Shown piece after piece: positions 45,035 to 54,901 of a stretch of DNA of 64,000 nt (positions are counted from its first letter, which is position 1; every line of letters begins with the position of its first letter). Position numbers and translations under genes: made by a program. Source of the stretch: Magnetovibrio sp. Lineage in GTDB: Bacteria > Pseudomonadota > Alphaproteobacteria > Rhodospirillales > Magnetovibrionaceae. The stretch spans positions 7,604 through 71,603 of the forward strand of contig JAPHSY010000024.1 of NCBI GenBank assembly GCA_026196495.1. Reading direction: 5' to 3'. The notes under the pieces were generated by a model. That model was given only the letters and a program-made list of their open reading frames with translations, searched no databases and was not told the origin of the DNA.

Positions 45035-46753
45035 ATGAATAAACGATTGGTCGTTGACCCGATTACCCGCATCGAAGGGCACCTCCGTGTCGAGGCCCAG
45101 ATGCAGGACAACAAAATTGCCGAAGCCTATTCTTCCGGCACAATGGTACGTGGCATCGAAGTGATCTTACAAGGCCGTGATCCACGTGACGCTTGGGCGT
45201 TTGCACAACGCATTTGCGGTGTGTGTACTCTCGTTCATGGCATGGCATCTGTGCGGGCCGTTGAAGATGCGCTGAATTATAAAATCCCGAAAAATGCTCA
45301 ACTGATCCGCAACCTGATGATTGCAGCTCAATATGTGCACGATCATGTTATGCATTTTTATCATCTGCATGCATTGGATTGGGTGGATGTGGTTTCAGCC
45401 TTGTCTGCTGATCCCAAAGCGACATCTGCTTTGGCGTCGTCGCTTTCCAATTACCCCAAATCATCCCCGGGTTATTTCTCTGACGTACAAAAGAAACTCA
45501 AAACATTTGTTAACCAAGGTCAGCTGGGTATTTTTGCCAATGGATATTGGGGACACCCAGAATATAAGCTTCCGCCCGAAGCAAACTTGATGGCTGTTGC
45601 CCACTATTTGGATGCTTTGGAATGGCAGCGCGATGTGGTGCAACTGCACACCATTTTCGGCGGGAAAAACCCCCATCCAAATTTCTTGGTTGGTGGTGTT
45701 GCCAGCCCACTGGATCCCAATTCCGACAGTGCCATCAATATGGAGCAATTGGCGAAGATTTCCGACGTCATTTCTAAAATGGAAGACTTTGTCAACTTGG
45801 CATACGTTCCCGACACTTTGGCCATTGCGGGATTTTACAAAGACTGGGGTGCCATGGGGGAAGGTGTTGGCAATTTCCTCACATATGGTGATTACCCAAC
45901 GGGTGACACATTTGACCCATCGACCTTTTTGGTTCCGCGTGGTGTAATTTTGGATCGTGATCTGTCGACCATCCATGATGTTGACCTTGATGCCGAAAGC
46001 CAAATTCAAGAGTATGTTGACCATGCTTGGTATGACTATTCCGGCGGACCGGGTACAGGTTTGCATCCATACAAAGGGGAAACCAACCTGAACTTCACAG
46101 GTCCCAACCCACCGTATGATCAGCTAAACGTCGATGCGAAGTATTCATGGCTAAAATCACCGCGTTGGAACGGTAAGCCTATGGAGGTCGGTCCCCTATC
46201 ACGAATGTTGATGTTGTATGCCAGCAAAAACAATCATGCCCAAGAACTGGTGGATTACACCTTGAAGACCTTGGACGTTCCTGTGACGGCACTGTTCTCT
46301 ACCTTGGGACGCACAGCAGCACGGACGCTGGAAACCAAAGTCTATCTGGACTTCATGCGCGGTTGGTATAACGAGTTGGTTGCTAACATTGCGGCTGGTG
46401 ATCTTAAAACCCATAACGAAACATTATGGGACCCGAAAACATGGCCGAAAAAATGCCAAGGTGCCGGCTTCATGGAAGCCCCACGCGGTGCCTTGGGGCA
46501 TTGGATCGTCATCGAAGATCAAAAGATTGCAAACTACCAAGCTATCGTTCCCACCACTTGGAACGCAGGACCGCGAGATCAACATGGTCAGTCTGGGCCT
46601 TATGAGGCTGCTTTGAAGGGACATAGCCTTGCGATCCCCGATCAGCCCTTGGAAATCTTGCGCACCATTCACAGCTTTGACCCATGCATTGCATGTGCCG
46701 TACATTTGAGTGGTGAAGACGGTGAGGAAATGTTGAAAATTGATATCAACTGA
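45035..46753 (+). CDS. hynL: Isp-type (group 1e) [NiFe]-hydrogenase large subunit
   Basis: DPITRIEGH, L1 RICGVC, L2 DPCIACAVH plus a 15-aa cleavable tail. Confidence 0.96.
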   Translation: MNKRLVVDPITRIEGHLRVEAQMQDNKIAEAYSSGTMVRGIEVILQGRDPRDAWAFAQRICGVCTLVHGMASVRAVEDALNYKIPKNAQLIRNLMIAAQYVHDHVMHFYHLHALDWVDVVSALSADPKATSALASSLSNYPKSSPGYFSDVQKKLKTFVNQGQLGIFANGYWGHPEYKLPPEANLMAVAHYLDALEWQRDVVQLHTIFGGKNPHPNFLVGGVASPLDPNSDSAINMEQLAKISDVISKMEDFVNLAYVPDTLAIAGFYKDWGAMGEGVGNFLTYGDYPTGDTFDPSTFLVPRGVILDRDLSTIHDVDLDAESQIQEYVDHAWYDYSGGPGTGLHPYKGETNLNFTGPNPPYDQLNVDAKYSWLKSPRWNGKPMEVGPLSRMLMLYASKNNHAQELVDYTLKTLDVPVTALFSTLGRTAARTLETKVYLDFMRGWYNELVANIAAGDLKTHNETLWDPKTWPKKCQGAGFMEAPRGALGHWIVIEDQKIANYQAIVPTTWNAGPRDQHGQSGPYEAALKGHSLAIPDQPLEILRTIHSFDPCIACAVHLSGEDGEEMLKIDIN

Positions 46754-46774
46754 CACTACATTAGATAGCTCTTT

Positions 46775-46808
46775 AATCCGGGCTTCCGATTGTGAAGCCC
46801 GGATTTTT
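46775..46808 (+). terminator. Intrinsic terminator after hynL
   Basis: aatccgggcttc-cgattgt-gaagcccggattttt. Confidence 0.88.
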
Positions 46809-46838
46809 GCTCAAATAATCATTGATACGTAAAAGTTT

Positions 46839-48428
46839 ATGACCCCCCGTCTTATTAATCGTCATTTTGCAAATACTGTATTGCGCCACTTAATACCCGT
46901 CGTGGTGTTTTTGGCATTGGCATGTGGTCTGTGGATTACGGATCGTTACGTCACACAAACACAAACTGAAGTGCAATTGCAAAAGACGCGTGTCATTGCA
47001 GAACAAGCTGCTATCCAGTTGGAAGAGTTTTTCAAAAATCGTTTCCGTGTGATACATCACATGTCGCAAAAATGGGGCGAACTGGAGACTTACGATCAAC
47101 AGAAATTTGAGGATGAAGCCTTAATCATTCAAGAAATGTTTAAAGGCTTTCAGGCCACCAATTGGGTTCGACCCGACGGTATTATTGAATGGGTTGTGCC
47201 TGAAATGAACAACCCCAACATCAAAGGCAATGACGTCTTATCCATAGCCGCAGCTATTCCCGTATTTCGCAGTGTGGCCCAAACGTTGGAACCACACATC
47301 ACACCGCCAATTAAGTTGCTTCAAGGTTTCACGGGAATTGTCGGTTACTTCCCAGTTACAAAAGAAGGACGGTTTGATGGTGTGATCACGGCTGTGTTTC
47401 GCACCTCAATTGTAATTGAGGAAGCCGCTTTAAGGACCTTAGGTCCACAAGGGGTGTTCCGTATCAAAAATGGTAACCAAGTGGTGTATCAAAGTGTCGG
47501 CACCACAGACGATACGAAGTTTATCATCCAGCAGAATTTTAAGGTCTGGGACCGTACATGGACGTTGTCTTTAGCACCCCATATCAACAGTAAAAGTACA
47601 ACAGTTGGGCTCAATTGGGTCATTTCAGTTATTGCATTAGGGCTTGCAGCTGTCTTATCTGGCCTGTTGTGGCTGTACTTAAAACGGCACCAGGACCTAA
47701 TCCGTGCAAAAGATGATGCCGAAGCCGCAAACAATGCAAAATCTGAGTTCCTGGCGAATATGAGCCATGAGCTGCGCACCCCTTTGAATTCTGTGATTGG
47801 GTTTTCAGAAATGATCAACACTGAAACCTTAGGCCCCTTACCCGAACACTACAAAGAATACTCCGGCCTGATTATGTCCAGTGGTCGTCATTTGCTTGAA
47901 ACCATCAATCACATTCTTGACATGTCCAAGATTGAAGCTGGAGAAATGAAACTGGACTTGGTCGATGTCCCGATGTCAGACATTTTGAATGAGGTCTTGT
48001 TGAACATGAAAGGTGATGTGCTCAGAAGTGGCATTACAATTCACAACAATACACATGAAACGCATTTGATGCGCATTGATGCGCTTCGTGTAAAACAGAT
48101 ACTTTACAACATTATTGGCAACAGTCTGAAGTTTACGGAGAAAGGCTCTATCACACTCTCAAATCAATGTGGATCACACGGCCATACACTTGTGATCAAG
48201 GATACGGGCATTGGGATGACCCCCCAAGAAATTGCCCTTGCAGAAAAACCATTCGGTCAAGTCGACGGACAGGCCTACACACGTCAAACCACGGGCACTG
48301 GGCTGGGGCTAAACGTTACACGTAAAATGATGGAGCTACACGGTGGTTCGATGGAAATCCGATCAACCCCAGGTCACGGAACGGAAGTACGTTTAACATT
48401 CCCGCCTGAAAGTGGTGTAGACGGTTAA
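46839..48428 (+). CDS. Sensor histidine kinase with periplasmic (CHASE-like) domain
   Basis: Two TMs; [20 protein letters not shown]; NIIGNSLKFT; DTGIGM; GTGLGL. Confidence 0.92.
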   Translation: MTPRLINRHFANTVLRHLIPVVVFLALACGLWITDRYVTQTQTEVQLQKTRVIAEQAAIQLEEFFKNRFRVIHHMSQKWGELETYDQQKFEDEALIIQEMFKGFQATNWVRPDGIIEWVVPEMNNPNIKGNDVLSIAAAIPVFRSVAQTLEPHITPPIKLLQGFTGIVGYFPVTKEGRFDGVITAVFRTSIVIEEAALRTLGPQGVFRIKNGNQVVYQSVGTTDDTKFIIQQNFKVWDRTWTLSLAPHINSKSTTVGLNWVISVIALGLAAVLSGLLWLYLKRHQDLIRAKDDAEAANNAKSEFLANMSHELRTPLNSVIGFSEMINTETLGPLPEHYKEYSGLIMSSGRHLLETINHILDMSKIEAGEMKLDLVDVPMSDILNEVLLNMKGDVLRSGITIHNNTHETHLMRIDALRVKQILYNIIGNSLKFTEKGSITLSNQCGSHGHTLVIKDTGIGMTPQEIALAEKPFGQVDGQAYTRQTTGTGLGLNVTRKMMELHGGSMEIRSTPGHGTEVRLTFPPESGVDG

Positions 48429-48508
48429 GGACAACGGTTTAGATTGGCGCCAGACATATTCTTGTCAGTGATATCAATGACCGTCATATGATCGATCCAA
48501 TCGCCTGA

Positions 48509-49141
48509 CTACACTAAAGTAGCGGCCTGAGATAAATCTTCTGCCGTGTTGATGTTGAAGAACGGATCTTTGTCATTCGCTTCAAAGTCAACAGTCGCAA
48601 CATTGTAGCGCCCAGTCCATTCATCAACCTTGCGCAAACCTTCCTCTTCCATGGCTTTTCGCAGATCAAATCGTAAATCAACAGGCCATAGTCCAAATAC
48701 AGGATGCGTCCGGCCATTGGATGACACCGTTCCTAGGTCCGCACGTTCACGAGTAATCGCTGCACGGACACGTGCAACCCAGTTCACCGGTATAAATGGT
48801 GCATCAGTAGCAAAGGTGGCTATCCAACGCGATTGTGGCGCGTGGCTGGCAACACATTCCATGGCACTTAAAACACCGGCTAAGGGGCCAGCATGGCCTT
48901 CGATACTGTCGCACAAAATTGGCAGACCTAAATCTGGAAATCGTTCAGCTTCACCATTGATATTGAGCATCAATGCCCCCACCTGAGGGGCAGCATTAAG
49001 CGCAGCACGTTCCAATAAAGTCTTGCCATCTAAGGTCTGAAGACATTTATCGCCACCACCAAAACGACGGGATTTACCACCTGCAAGCAAGACACCGGAA
49101 ACTTCGCGAGGTCCTGAGGGAATAAAGGCTTGAGTGTTCAT
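48509..49141 (-). CDS. mobA: Molybdenum cofactor guanylyltransferase
   Basis: GVLLAGGKSRRFGGGDK, GPLAGVL, DAPFIP, HPVFGLW, FFNINT.EDL. Confidence 0.95.
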   Translation of the reverse strand: MNTQAFIPSGPREVSGVLLAGGKSRRFGGGDKCLQTLDGKTLLERAALNAAPQVGALMLNINGEAERFPDLGLPILCDSIEGHAGPLAGVLSAMECVASHAPQSRWIATFATDAPFIPVNWVARVRAAITRERADLGTVSSNGRTHPVFGLWPVDLRFDLRKAMEEEGLRKVDEWTGRYNVATVDFEANDKDPFFNINTAEDLSQAATLV

Positions 49142-49366
49142 GGGGAGGTCACCTTTTCCGAATCACTACAATAACAACAATGTTCGCATAGAGAGGTTAA
49201 AATTTCGAGACAAACTGCGTTACATCTCACCATATGAATATGGGAGTGTGATGCCACTTTCACAACAATTTCGTGTTTGTTTTCAGCCCCCATTGCGTCT
49301 CTGATAGCTGAGAGGCATACTGAATCCAACGAAAATAACTGGGGTGCGATTCTGAGGAGTTCCCAA

Positions 49367-50260
49367 ATGATTAAAAAGATTTTTATTGGTATAGGCGTGA
49401 TTATCATTGCCTTGGTTGCTAGCTTTTATTACTTGGCTCAAAATGCTGGTAGCATGGTTAAAGCAGCTATTGAGAATCACGGATCAAGAGCGACACAAGT
49501 TGACGTTCTTGTTGATAATGTTGAAGTCACACTTGGGGACAAAAAAGCAGGTGTACACGGCCTGACTATCGGTAATCCAGCAGGCTTCAATACAGAGCGC
49601 GCCATTAGCTTAGGTGAAGTTAGCGTCCAGCTTGGTGATGATTGGTCCCCAGATTTGATTGTTATTGAACAGGTCATGGTTGATGCTCCTGAAGTCACCT
49701 ACGAAATCGGAACGGGCGGCTCAAACATAGCCAAAATCCAAGAAAACGTTGATAATTTTGTCAAAGCTTTAACAGGCGGTGATGAGGGAAGAAGTGACAG
49801 CGGTTCCTCTTCTGAATCTGTTGCCACCAGTGAAGAAGAGGAAGAAGGCCCCAAAGTTGTCATCAACAACTTCTACATCAAAAACGGCAAAGTTAATGTG
49901 TCTGCAACCATGTTTGGTGGCAAAACTTTGACCACTCCGTTGCCCGATATTCACCTGAAAGATATCGGTAAAGACGATGAGGGCGATGGTGCTTCCCCTG
50001 CCGAGGTGGTTGAAGAACTGATCAGTGCCATTACCGACAAAGCGGGCAGTGCTGCCGGTTCTCTCGACCTGTCGCAACTGGGCTTGGCTGACATTTCCGG
50101 TAAAGCCGCAGAAATTGGCAAAGCCGCACAAGACGCTGCCGAAGGTGCTCTGAAAGGTGCTACTGAAAACCTTGGAGATGCTGGCGGTGCCGTTGGCAAG
50201 AAGATTGACGGTGCCGGCGACGCAATTGGCGGTGCCGTGAAGGGGTTGTTTGGTAAATAG
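49367..50260 (+). CDS. AsmA-like membrane-anchored hypothetical protein
   Basis: N-terminal TM; GLTIGNPAGF...AISLGEV.V, GGSNI..IQ.NV pattern; GAGGAG RBS. Confidence 0.65.
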   Translation: MIKKIFIGIGVIIIALVASFYYLAQNAGSMVKAAIENHGSRATQVDVLVDNVEVTLGDKKAGVHGLTIGNPAGFNTERAISLGEVSVQLGDDWSPDLIVIEQVMVDAPEVTYEIGTGGSNIAKIQENVDNFVKALTGGDEGRSDSGSSSESVATSEEEEEGPKVVINNFYIKNGKVNVSATMFGGKTLTTPLPDIHLKDIGKDDEGDGASPAEVVEELISAITDKAGSAAGSLDLSQLGLADISGKAAEIGKAAQDAAEGALKGATENLGDAGGAVGKKIDGAGDAIGGAVKGLFGK

Positions 50261-50281
50261 TTGCTCCCCTACTCTCAATAC

Positions 50282-50313
50282 AAAAAGGCCCGGTTCATAA
50301 ACCGGGCCTTTTT
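50282..50313. terminator. Bidirectional intrinsic terminator
   Basis: aaaaaggcccggtt-cata-aaccgggccttttt. Confidence 0.88.
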
Positions 50314-50330
50314 ATTTGTACATTTACAAT

Positions 50331-50612
50331 TCAAGTCAGTTTGATCTGGAATTTTTCCAACTTCCTGGCTGATGATATCAATAATTCGCTAAAGTCATCA
50401 GCCGTGTTTTCATACAAACTGAGCATACGCAGTTTGGCCTCTAAGCACATACAGCAGTTTTCTTGACCATTTTCATTTACATATAGGCAGGGTTCACAAA
50501 GATCGCTGGCGGATTGATTGTAAGCCGACCAAATATAGGTAGCATGCAAACAATTATTGTCCTGAATGCAATCTAAGAGCTTATCAAGCACGTCACGATC
50601 ACAAGGATACAT
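50331..50612 (-). CDS. Cys-rich hypothetical protein (93 aa)
   Basis: GGGGAA RBS; 8 Cys including CEPC and CCMC; ends at a bidirectional terminator. Confidence 0.5.
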   Translation of the reverse strand: MYPCDRDVLDKLLDCIQDNNCLHATYIWSAYNQSASDLCEPCLYVNENGQENCCMCLEAKLRMLSLYENTADDFSELLISSARKLEKFQIKLT

Positions 50613-50875
50613 GTCTGGTTCCCCAACTAGATAAAGGTTTTGTTGTCCAGACGTATCTTATCAAACTTTACCGGACAACACCAGTGGTCGCACATTTCCA
50701 CTTCATGCACACATTAGTAGCATTCGGTTTTATTCAATCTTTATGAGAGAGTACCAACCTCCGGGAATGTGGCCTAAAGCTCAGTCCCTAGACCAAGTGT
50801 ACTGTTTATGGCCAATGAACCATCATGCAATTTCATCAATGAATTGGATATCAACAGACCCAATCCGCTTGTATT

Positions 50876-52066
50876 TTAGAGAGATTTTTCAGAAATACGT
50901 TTGGATCGTGCGTACCAAAGGGTCGCCACAAAGGTCACAATCAAAAAAGGTGCCATACCGTAATTCACCGCATTCCAACCTGAAAAATTAAACAATCCAC
51001 CTGATGATAAAGATCCGGTTGCGGCTGCGGCAAAGACGATCAACTCATTTACACCTTGGGTTTTGGCCTTTTCTGACGGCTTATATGCTTCTGTCAACAA
51101 CGTGGTGCCGCCAACGAACAAGAAGTTCCACGCAACACCTAACAAAATTAACGCCGCGCCAAAGTTCAATATCTCAATGCCGGAAACGGCAAATAAGGCA
51201 CTTATGATGAACAGTGCCATGCCGCTGAACAAAATTGACAGAACCCCAAACCGATGGATCAGTGTTCCGGTGAAAAATGACGGAATGAACATAGCCAGTA
51301 CATGCCACTGAATGACCGATCCTGTATCGTGCATTTCAAAGCCACACGCAGTCATCGCCAAAGGCGTCGCCGTCATCACCAAAACCATCAAGCCGTAGCT
51401 GGTGGCCGCATTCAAGACAGCCGCAACAAAGGCCGGTTGGCGCATGATTACAGGTAACGGTCGTGCGCCTTCGTGGCTAACATCTTCCATAGGCCGTGGT
51501 ATGCGCACCAATGACAGCGGAATCATCGCCAGTATGCTTGTTGCAGCAGCAACCAAAAAACCACCGGCAAAAGGCACAGGGTCTAGTAAATCGCGGCTGT
51601 AAACCGCCAAACTGGGGCCGATCAGGGCAGAAATGACACCGCCCAATAAGACAAATGAAACTGCACGACTGACGTAGTTCAGGGGGGCACTTTCAATGGC
51701 GGCAAAGCGATAATACTGGCTACAGGCCTGATAAATGCCCATGATCAAGGTAGCAAAACAAAACAGCTCAAAACTGCCTTCGACGATAGCATAAGCCCCC
51801 AAAGCGCCACTAATGCCTCCTGCTGTGGCTCCGATCAAAAAGCCAAAGCGCCGCCCGATGCGTTTCATCAACATAGACATAGGGATGGTGCTGGTTGCGG
51901 TTCCCACAGTCATCACCGCAACCGGCAGGGTCGCCAAGAGCTTGTTATCGGCCAACATCTGCCCAACCAACCCGGCAAACATGATGTAGGTTACGCCCGC
52001 GATGAGATACATCCCCTGCGCAGTGGCCAGCATAAAGATATTTGATCGGTAATGCGTGACTGACAT
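50876..52066 (-). CDS. MFS transporter
   Basis: About 12 TMs; MKRIGRR.GF loop, YYRFAA, QWHVLAMFIPSFFTG, GVAWNFLFVGGT. Confidence 0.9.
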   Translation of the reverse strand: MSVTHYRSNIFMLATAQGMYLIAGVTYIMFAGLVGQMLADNKLLATLPVAVMTVGTATSTIPMSMLMKRIGRRFGFLIGATAGGISGALGAYAIVEGSFELFCFATLIMGIYQACSQYYRFAAIESAPLNYVSRAVSFVLLGGVISALIGPSLAVYSRDLLDPVPFAGGFLVAAATSILAMIPLSLVRIPRPMEDVSHEGARPLPVIMRQPAFVAAVLNAATSYGLMVLVMTATPLAMTACGFEMHDTGSVIQWHVLAMFIPSFFTGTLIHRFGVLSILFSGMALFIISALFAVSGIEILNFGAALILLGVAWNFLFVGGTTLLTEAYKPSEKAKTQGVNELIVFAAAATGSLSSGGLFNFSGWNAVNYGMAPFLIVTFVATLWYARSKRISEKSL

Positions 52067-52070
52067 GTAA

Positions 52071-52994
52071 TCAAGCACCCTTGGATTGTGATATCGGTGT
52101 CTTCGCAGAAGTGGTCAGGATGATACCAACCAATATTGGGGTAATACCTAAGAAATGGTAAGTTTTTAGGCTTTCACCTAAGAAGATAATGGCAAATATG
52201 GATGCAAACAGTGGGATTAAGTGAATAAAAAGACCTGCCTTATTGGCACCAATCCGAGGTACGGCTGCATTCCAACATATAAACGCGGCAATGGATGCAA
52301 ACAGGGCCACATAGGCAATCACCAGCATCGTCGATGTGGTCAATTCAAACCCACCTACCGTATGATATTCCCACAGATAAAATGGCAGCAAAACACAAAC
52401 AGCAATCCAGTTGGTGGTGCCCAACAACACCATGGCTGGAATAGCTTGCCCTTCTCCTTTGGGCAAACGCTTTAACAACACTGAATACACCGACCATGCC
52501 AGCACGGATGCCAACACCCACAAATCACCAGGCGTGAAGCTAAGATTAAGCAACACATCCCATGACCCACGTGAAACGATCACAACCACCCCAAAAACTG
52601 AAATCACAATACCCAATGCCTGACGCAGGCTGAGGCGTTCATCACCAAAAAATACCGACACCACAGGAATGACCATGGGCATGCTTGCCAAGACTACAGC
52701 AGCATTAATGGCTTCCGTCGTGTTCAATGCGATATAGGTAAAACTGTGAAACATTACCATACCCGTAATGGCCAAGATCAACAGCAACCCAAAATGACGT
52801 TTGAGACGTGCACGGTGTTGCCACATCCCTACCGCGACGAATGGCAGTAATATGGTTCCAGATGTGACCCACCGCCAAAATGTCAGGTTTAATGGTGGAA
52901 TATCCATATGCGCCCAACGCCCCACAACAAAGTTCCCGCCCCAAAACAAAGCGGACAACGATAGAAGTAATGCGGGCGACATTTTGGATAACAT
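52071..52994 (-). CDS. DMT/EamA-family transporter
   Basis: ALFWGGNFVVGR, L.FWRW, GDLWVL.SVLAWSVYS, WNAAV..IGANKAGLF..L.P. Confidence 0.92.
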   Translation of the reverse strand: MLSKMSPALLLSLSALFWGGNFVVGRWAHMDIPPLNLTFWRWVTSGTILLPFVAVGMWQHRARLKRHFGLLLILAITGMVMFHSFTYIALNTTEAINAAVVLASMPMVIPVVSVFFGDERLSLRQALGIVISVFGVVVIVSRGSWDVLLNLSFTPGDLWVLASVLAWSVYSVLLKRLPKGEGQAIPAMVLLGTTNWIAVCVLLPFYLWEYHTVGGFELTTSTMLVIAYVALFASIAAFICWNAAVPRIGANKAGLFIHLIPLFASIFAIIFLGESLKTYHFLGITPILVGIILTTSAKTPISQSKGA

Positions 52995-53118
52995 TTAAGT
53001 CATTCTCAACGGGGATGTAGGGGAAGAGTCTGATACTTCCTCTACCCTTGATACTCCATTCCTATTTTGAACTCGACGATGATTTTGTCACCATGACAAT
53101 AAAGGGCCATTCACAAAC

Positions 53119-53172
53119 GTTCTCATTATGTTCTTTTTCTGTTGACAAGAACTATATGTTCGTGTTTTGTTC
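53119..53172 (+). promoter_or_regulatory. Two alphaproteobacterial LexA (SOS) boxes flanking a TTGACA -35
   Basis: GTTC-TCATTAT-GTTC (53119-53133) and GTTC-GTGTTTT-GTTC (53158-53172); TTGACA at 53142-53147. Confidence 0.85.
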
Positions 53173-53217
53173 TCTATAAAGTAAGTTCAACAGAACATTT
53201 GAAACGGAGAACTCGTC

Positions 53218-53313
53218 ATGACCCCCTACCCCCAATTTGAACGTATCCTCGGCGAAATTACGGCAGTTACGGCTTTGTTTGCAGCTGGTTACGTATTGCT
53301 GATGGTAATTTAA
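53218..53313 (+). CDS. 31-aa hydrophobic peptide under LexA boxes (candidate SidA-like), not in the ORF track
   Basis: CGGAGA RBS; MTPYPQFERILGEITAVTALFAAGYVLLMVI; single TM helix. Confidence 0.7.
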   Translation: MTPYPQFERILGEITAVTALFAAGYVLLMVI

Positions 53314-53735
53314 AGGCTATCTGGCAAGATCAATGCGCCATCCTCGTTAGGGACTAATTGCTCCACATAAGAAAATTCCCATGGATGGCCATCGGGATCG
53401 GCAATATAGCCGACATACCCACCCCAAGGCATTTCTATGGGTTGTTTTAGGACTGTAGCCCCTGCCTCTTGGGCTTGCTTCATTAAGGCCTCAACCTCAC
53501 CTCGGCTCTGGGTATTGGTCGCAAGCGTGACCCCACCGGGCTTCCCACCAGATAAGCCTGTGTCATGATCCAAAGTTGCCTGAAGATACAGCCCCAACAC
53601 CTGTTGGCCAGATTGAAAAAATGTAATCTCATCCATGCTTATGGGCGAAGCCACCCATCCCATGGATTCATAATATGCACGCGAAACCTTCATATCCTGA
53701 ACACCTAGCGTGATCAGATGCACTCGGTTGGTCAT
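53310..53735 (-). CDS. VOC (glyoxalase/bleomycin-resistance) family protein
   Basis: VHLITLGV.D...SRAYYE.MGW, VTLA.N, WGGY.GY.ADPDGHPWE. Confidence 0.9.
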   Translation of the reverse strand: MTNRVHLITLGVQDMKVSRAYYESMGWVASPISMDEITFFQSGQQVLGLYLQATLDHDTGLSGGKPGGVTLATNTQSRGEVEALMKQAQEAGATVLKQPIEMPWGGYVGYIADPDGHPWEFSYVEQLVPNEDGALILPDSL

Positions 53736-53782
53736 GGCTAAACTCCTCAGCTCTTGGTCAAAAGCAACAACCTATGTGAAGT

Positions 53783-54451
53783 TTATATGGGGGTATTGAA
53801 GGAAACGGCCACATCTCCTTGGTTCATATGATTGTAAATTGTCTTAGGTGTATGGCCTATTAGATCACGACATTCTCGGATCATATGCGCTTGATCTGAA
53901 AAACCCGCTTCAAACGCTATATCAGTCCAATTTGGGCTTGGTTGAGATACCGCTTTATAAACAGCTCGACGTAATCGCCACATGCGCTGAAGTTCCTTGG
54001 GGCGACAAGACGTTAAACGTTGCGCATATCGACGCAATGTTCGGGTTGGCTGGAATACCTCTCCACACATGAGCGGTGAAACGACAGCGCAGACTTGCCC
54101 TCTTTCCATTAGTTTGCAATTCAATACATCCCAAAAGGATAATGGTTGCTGAAGTCCTTCATCAGGTATGTCCGATGGGGACATTTTTGTATATTTATGA
54201 ACGGCTTCAGGCAGTAACCTGACTCCATCCACACACATATTGGATTCAAGAGAAAAAAGAAAACCTGATTGCGTGGGTGCTAACAATCGGACAGTTGTCT
54301 TTCCGCAAGACAGAGTTTGGCGAATCACATCACAGCAACCATCCGGGAATACCGGGAAAAATAAACCTTGAGCTGTCATGAAGGTTTCCAGTGACCAACA
54401 CCAGCCAACTCCCTCACATGCTTGCTCTGTATATCGCCAAGGCTTATCCAT
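53783..54451 (-). CDS. AraC-family transcriptional regulator
   Basis: VFPDGC.D N-terminus; WTDIAFEAGFSDQAHMIRECR.L.G.TP HTH; upstream of VOC gene. Confidence 0.85.
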   Translation of the reverse strand: MDKPWRYTEQACEGVGWCWSLETFMTAQGLFFPVFPDGCCDVIRQTLSCGKTTVRLLAPTQSGFLFSLESNMCVDGVRLLPEAVHKYTKMSPSDIPDEGLQQPLSFWDVLNCKLMERGQVCAVVSPLMCGEVFQPTRTLRRYAQRLTSCRPKELQRMWRLRRAVYKAVSQPSPNWTDIAFEAGFSDQAHMIRECRDLIGHTPKTIYNHMNQGDVAVSFNTPI

Positions 54452-54466
54452 GATTTGTTCGTATCG

Positions 54467-54901
54467 CTACGCTGATCCCGTCATAGACGGCCCAGCCTCA
54501 TGGACATTTCGTTTTGATCCATCAGCATTCAGGGCAACAAATACAAAATCCCCTTCTGTAACCTTAAGTTCTTCAACTTTCGAACCTGTACGACGATGAA
54601 CCCAAGCCTGTACATGGATCGTGAGCGATGTTTTGCCCTTATTGGTGACATCGGCGTAGCAGCACAGCACATCGCCCGCCAACACAGGCAGGTGAAATTC
54701 CATGGCGGTGATCGCCACCGTTGCGACACGGCCCTGGGCATGATCATTGGCGGTGATCCCCCCTGCCAAATCCATCTGGGCCAAAATCCACCCTCCAAAA
54801 ACATTGCCGCCTGAGTTTAAGTTGGCCGGCATAGCCACTTGGCGGATGGCAAGTTCTCCACGGGGCGTTTCTTGCGGTGCGGAAGAGTTCGATTCGTTCA
54901 T
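54467..54901 (-). CDS. Acyl-CoA thioesterase (YciA-like hotdog fold)
   Basis: AMPANLNSGGNVFGGWILAQMDLAGG, GRVATVA, PVLAGD, VTEG.FVFVA. Confidence 0.92.
   Translation of the reverse strand: MNESNSSAPQETPRGELAIRQVAMPANLNSGGNVFGGWILAQMDLAGGITANDHAQGRVATVAITAMEFHLPVLAGDVLCCYADVTNKGKTSLTIHVQAWVHRRTGSKVEELKVTEGDFVFVALNADGSKRNVHEAGPSMTGSA

Noticed and set aside
40858-48461. CATATTC at both edges of the hydrogenase block as a target-site duplication
   Set aside because: A 7-mer is expected by chance, and the left copy lies inside the mobB start codons
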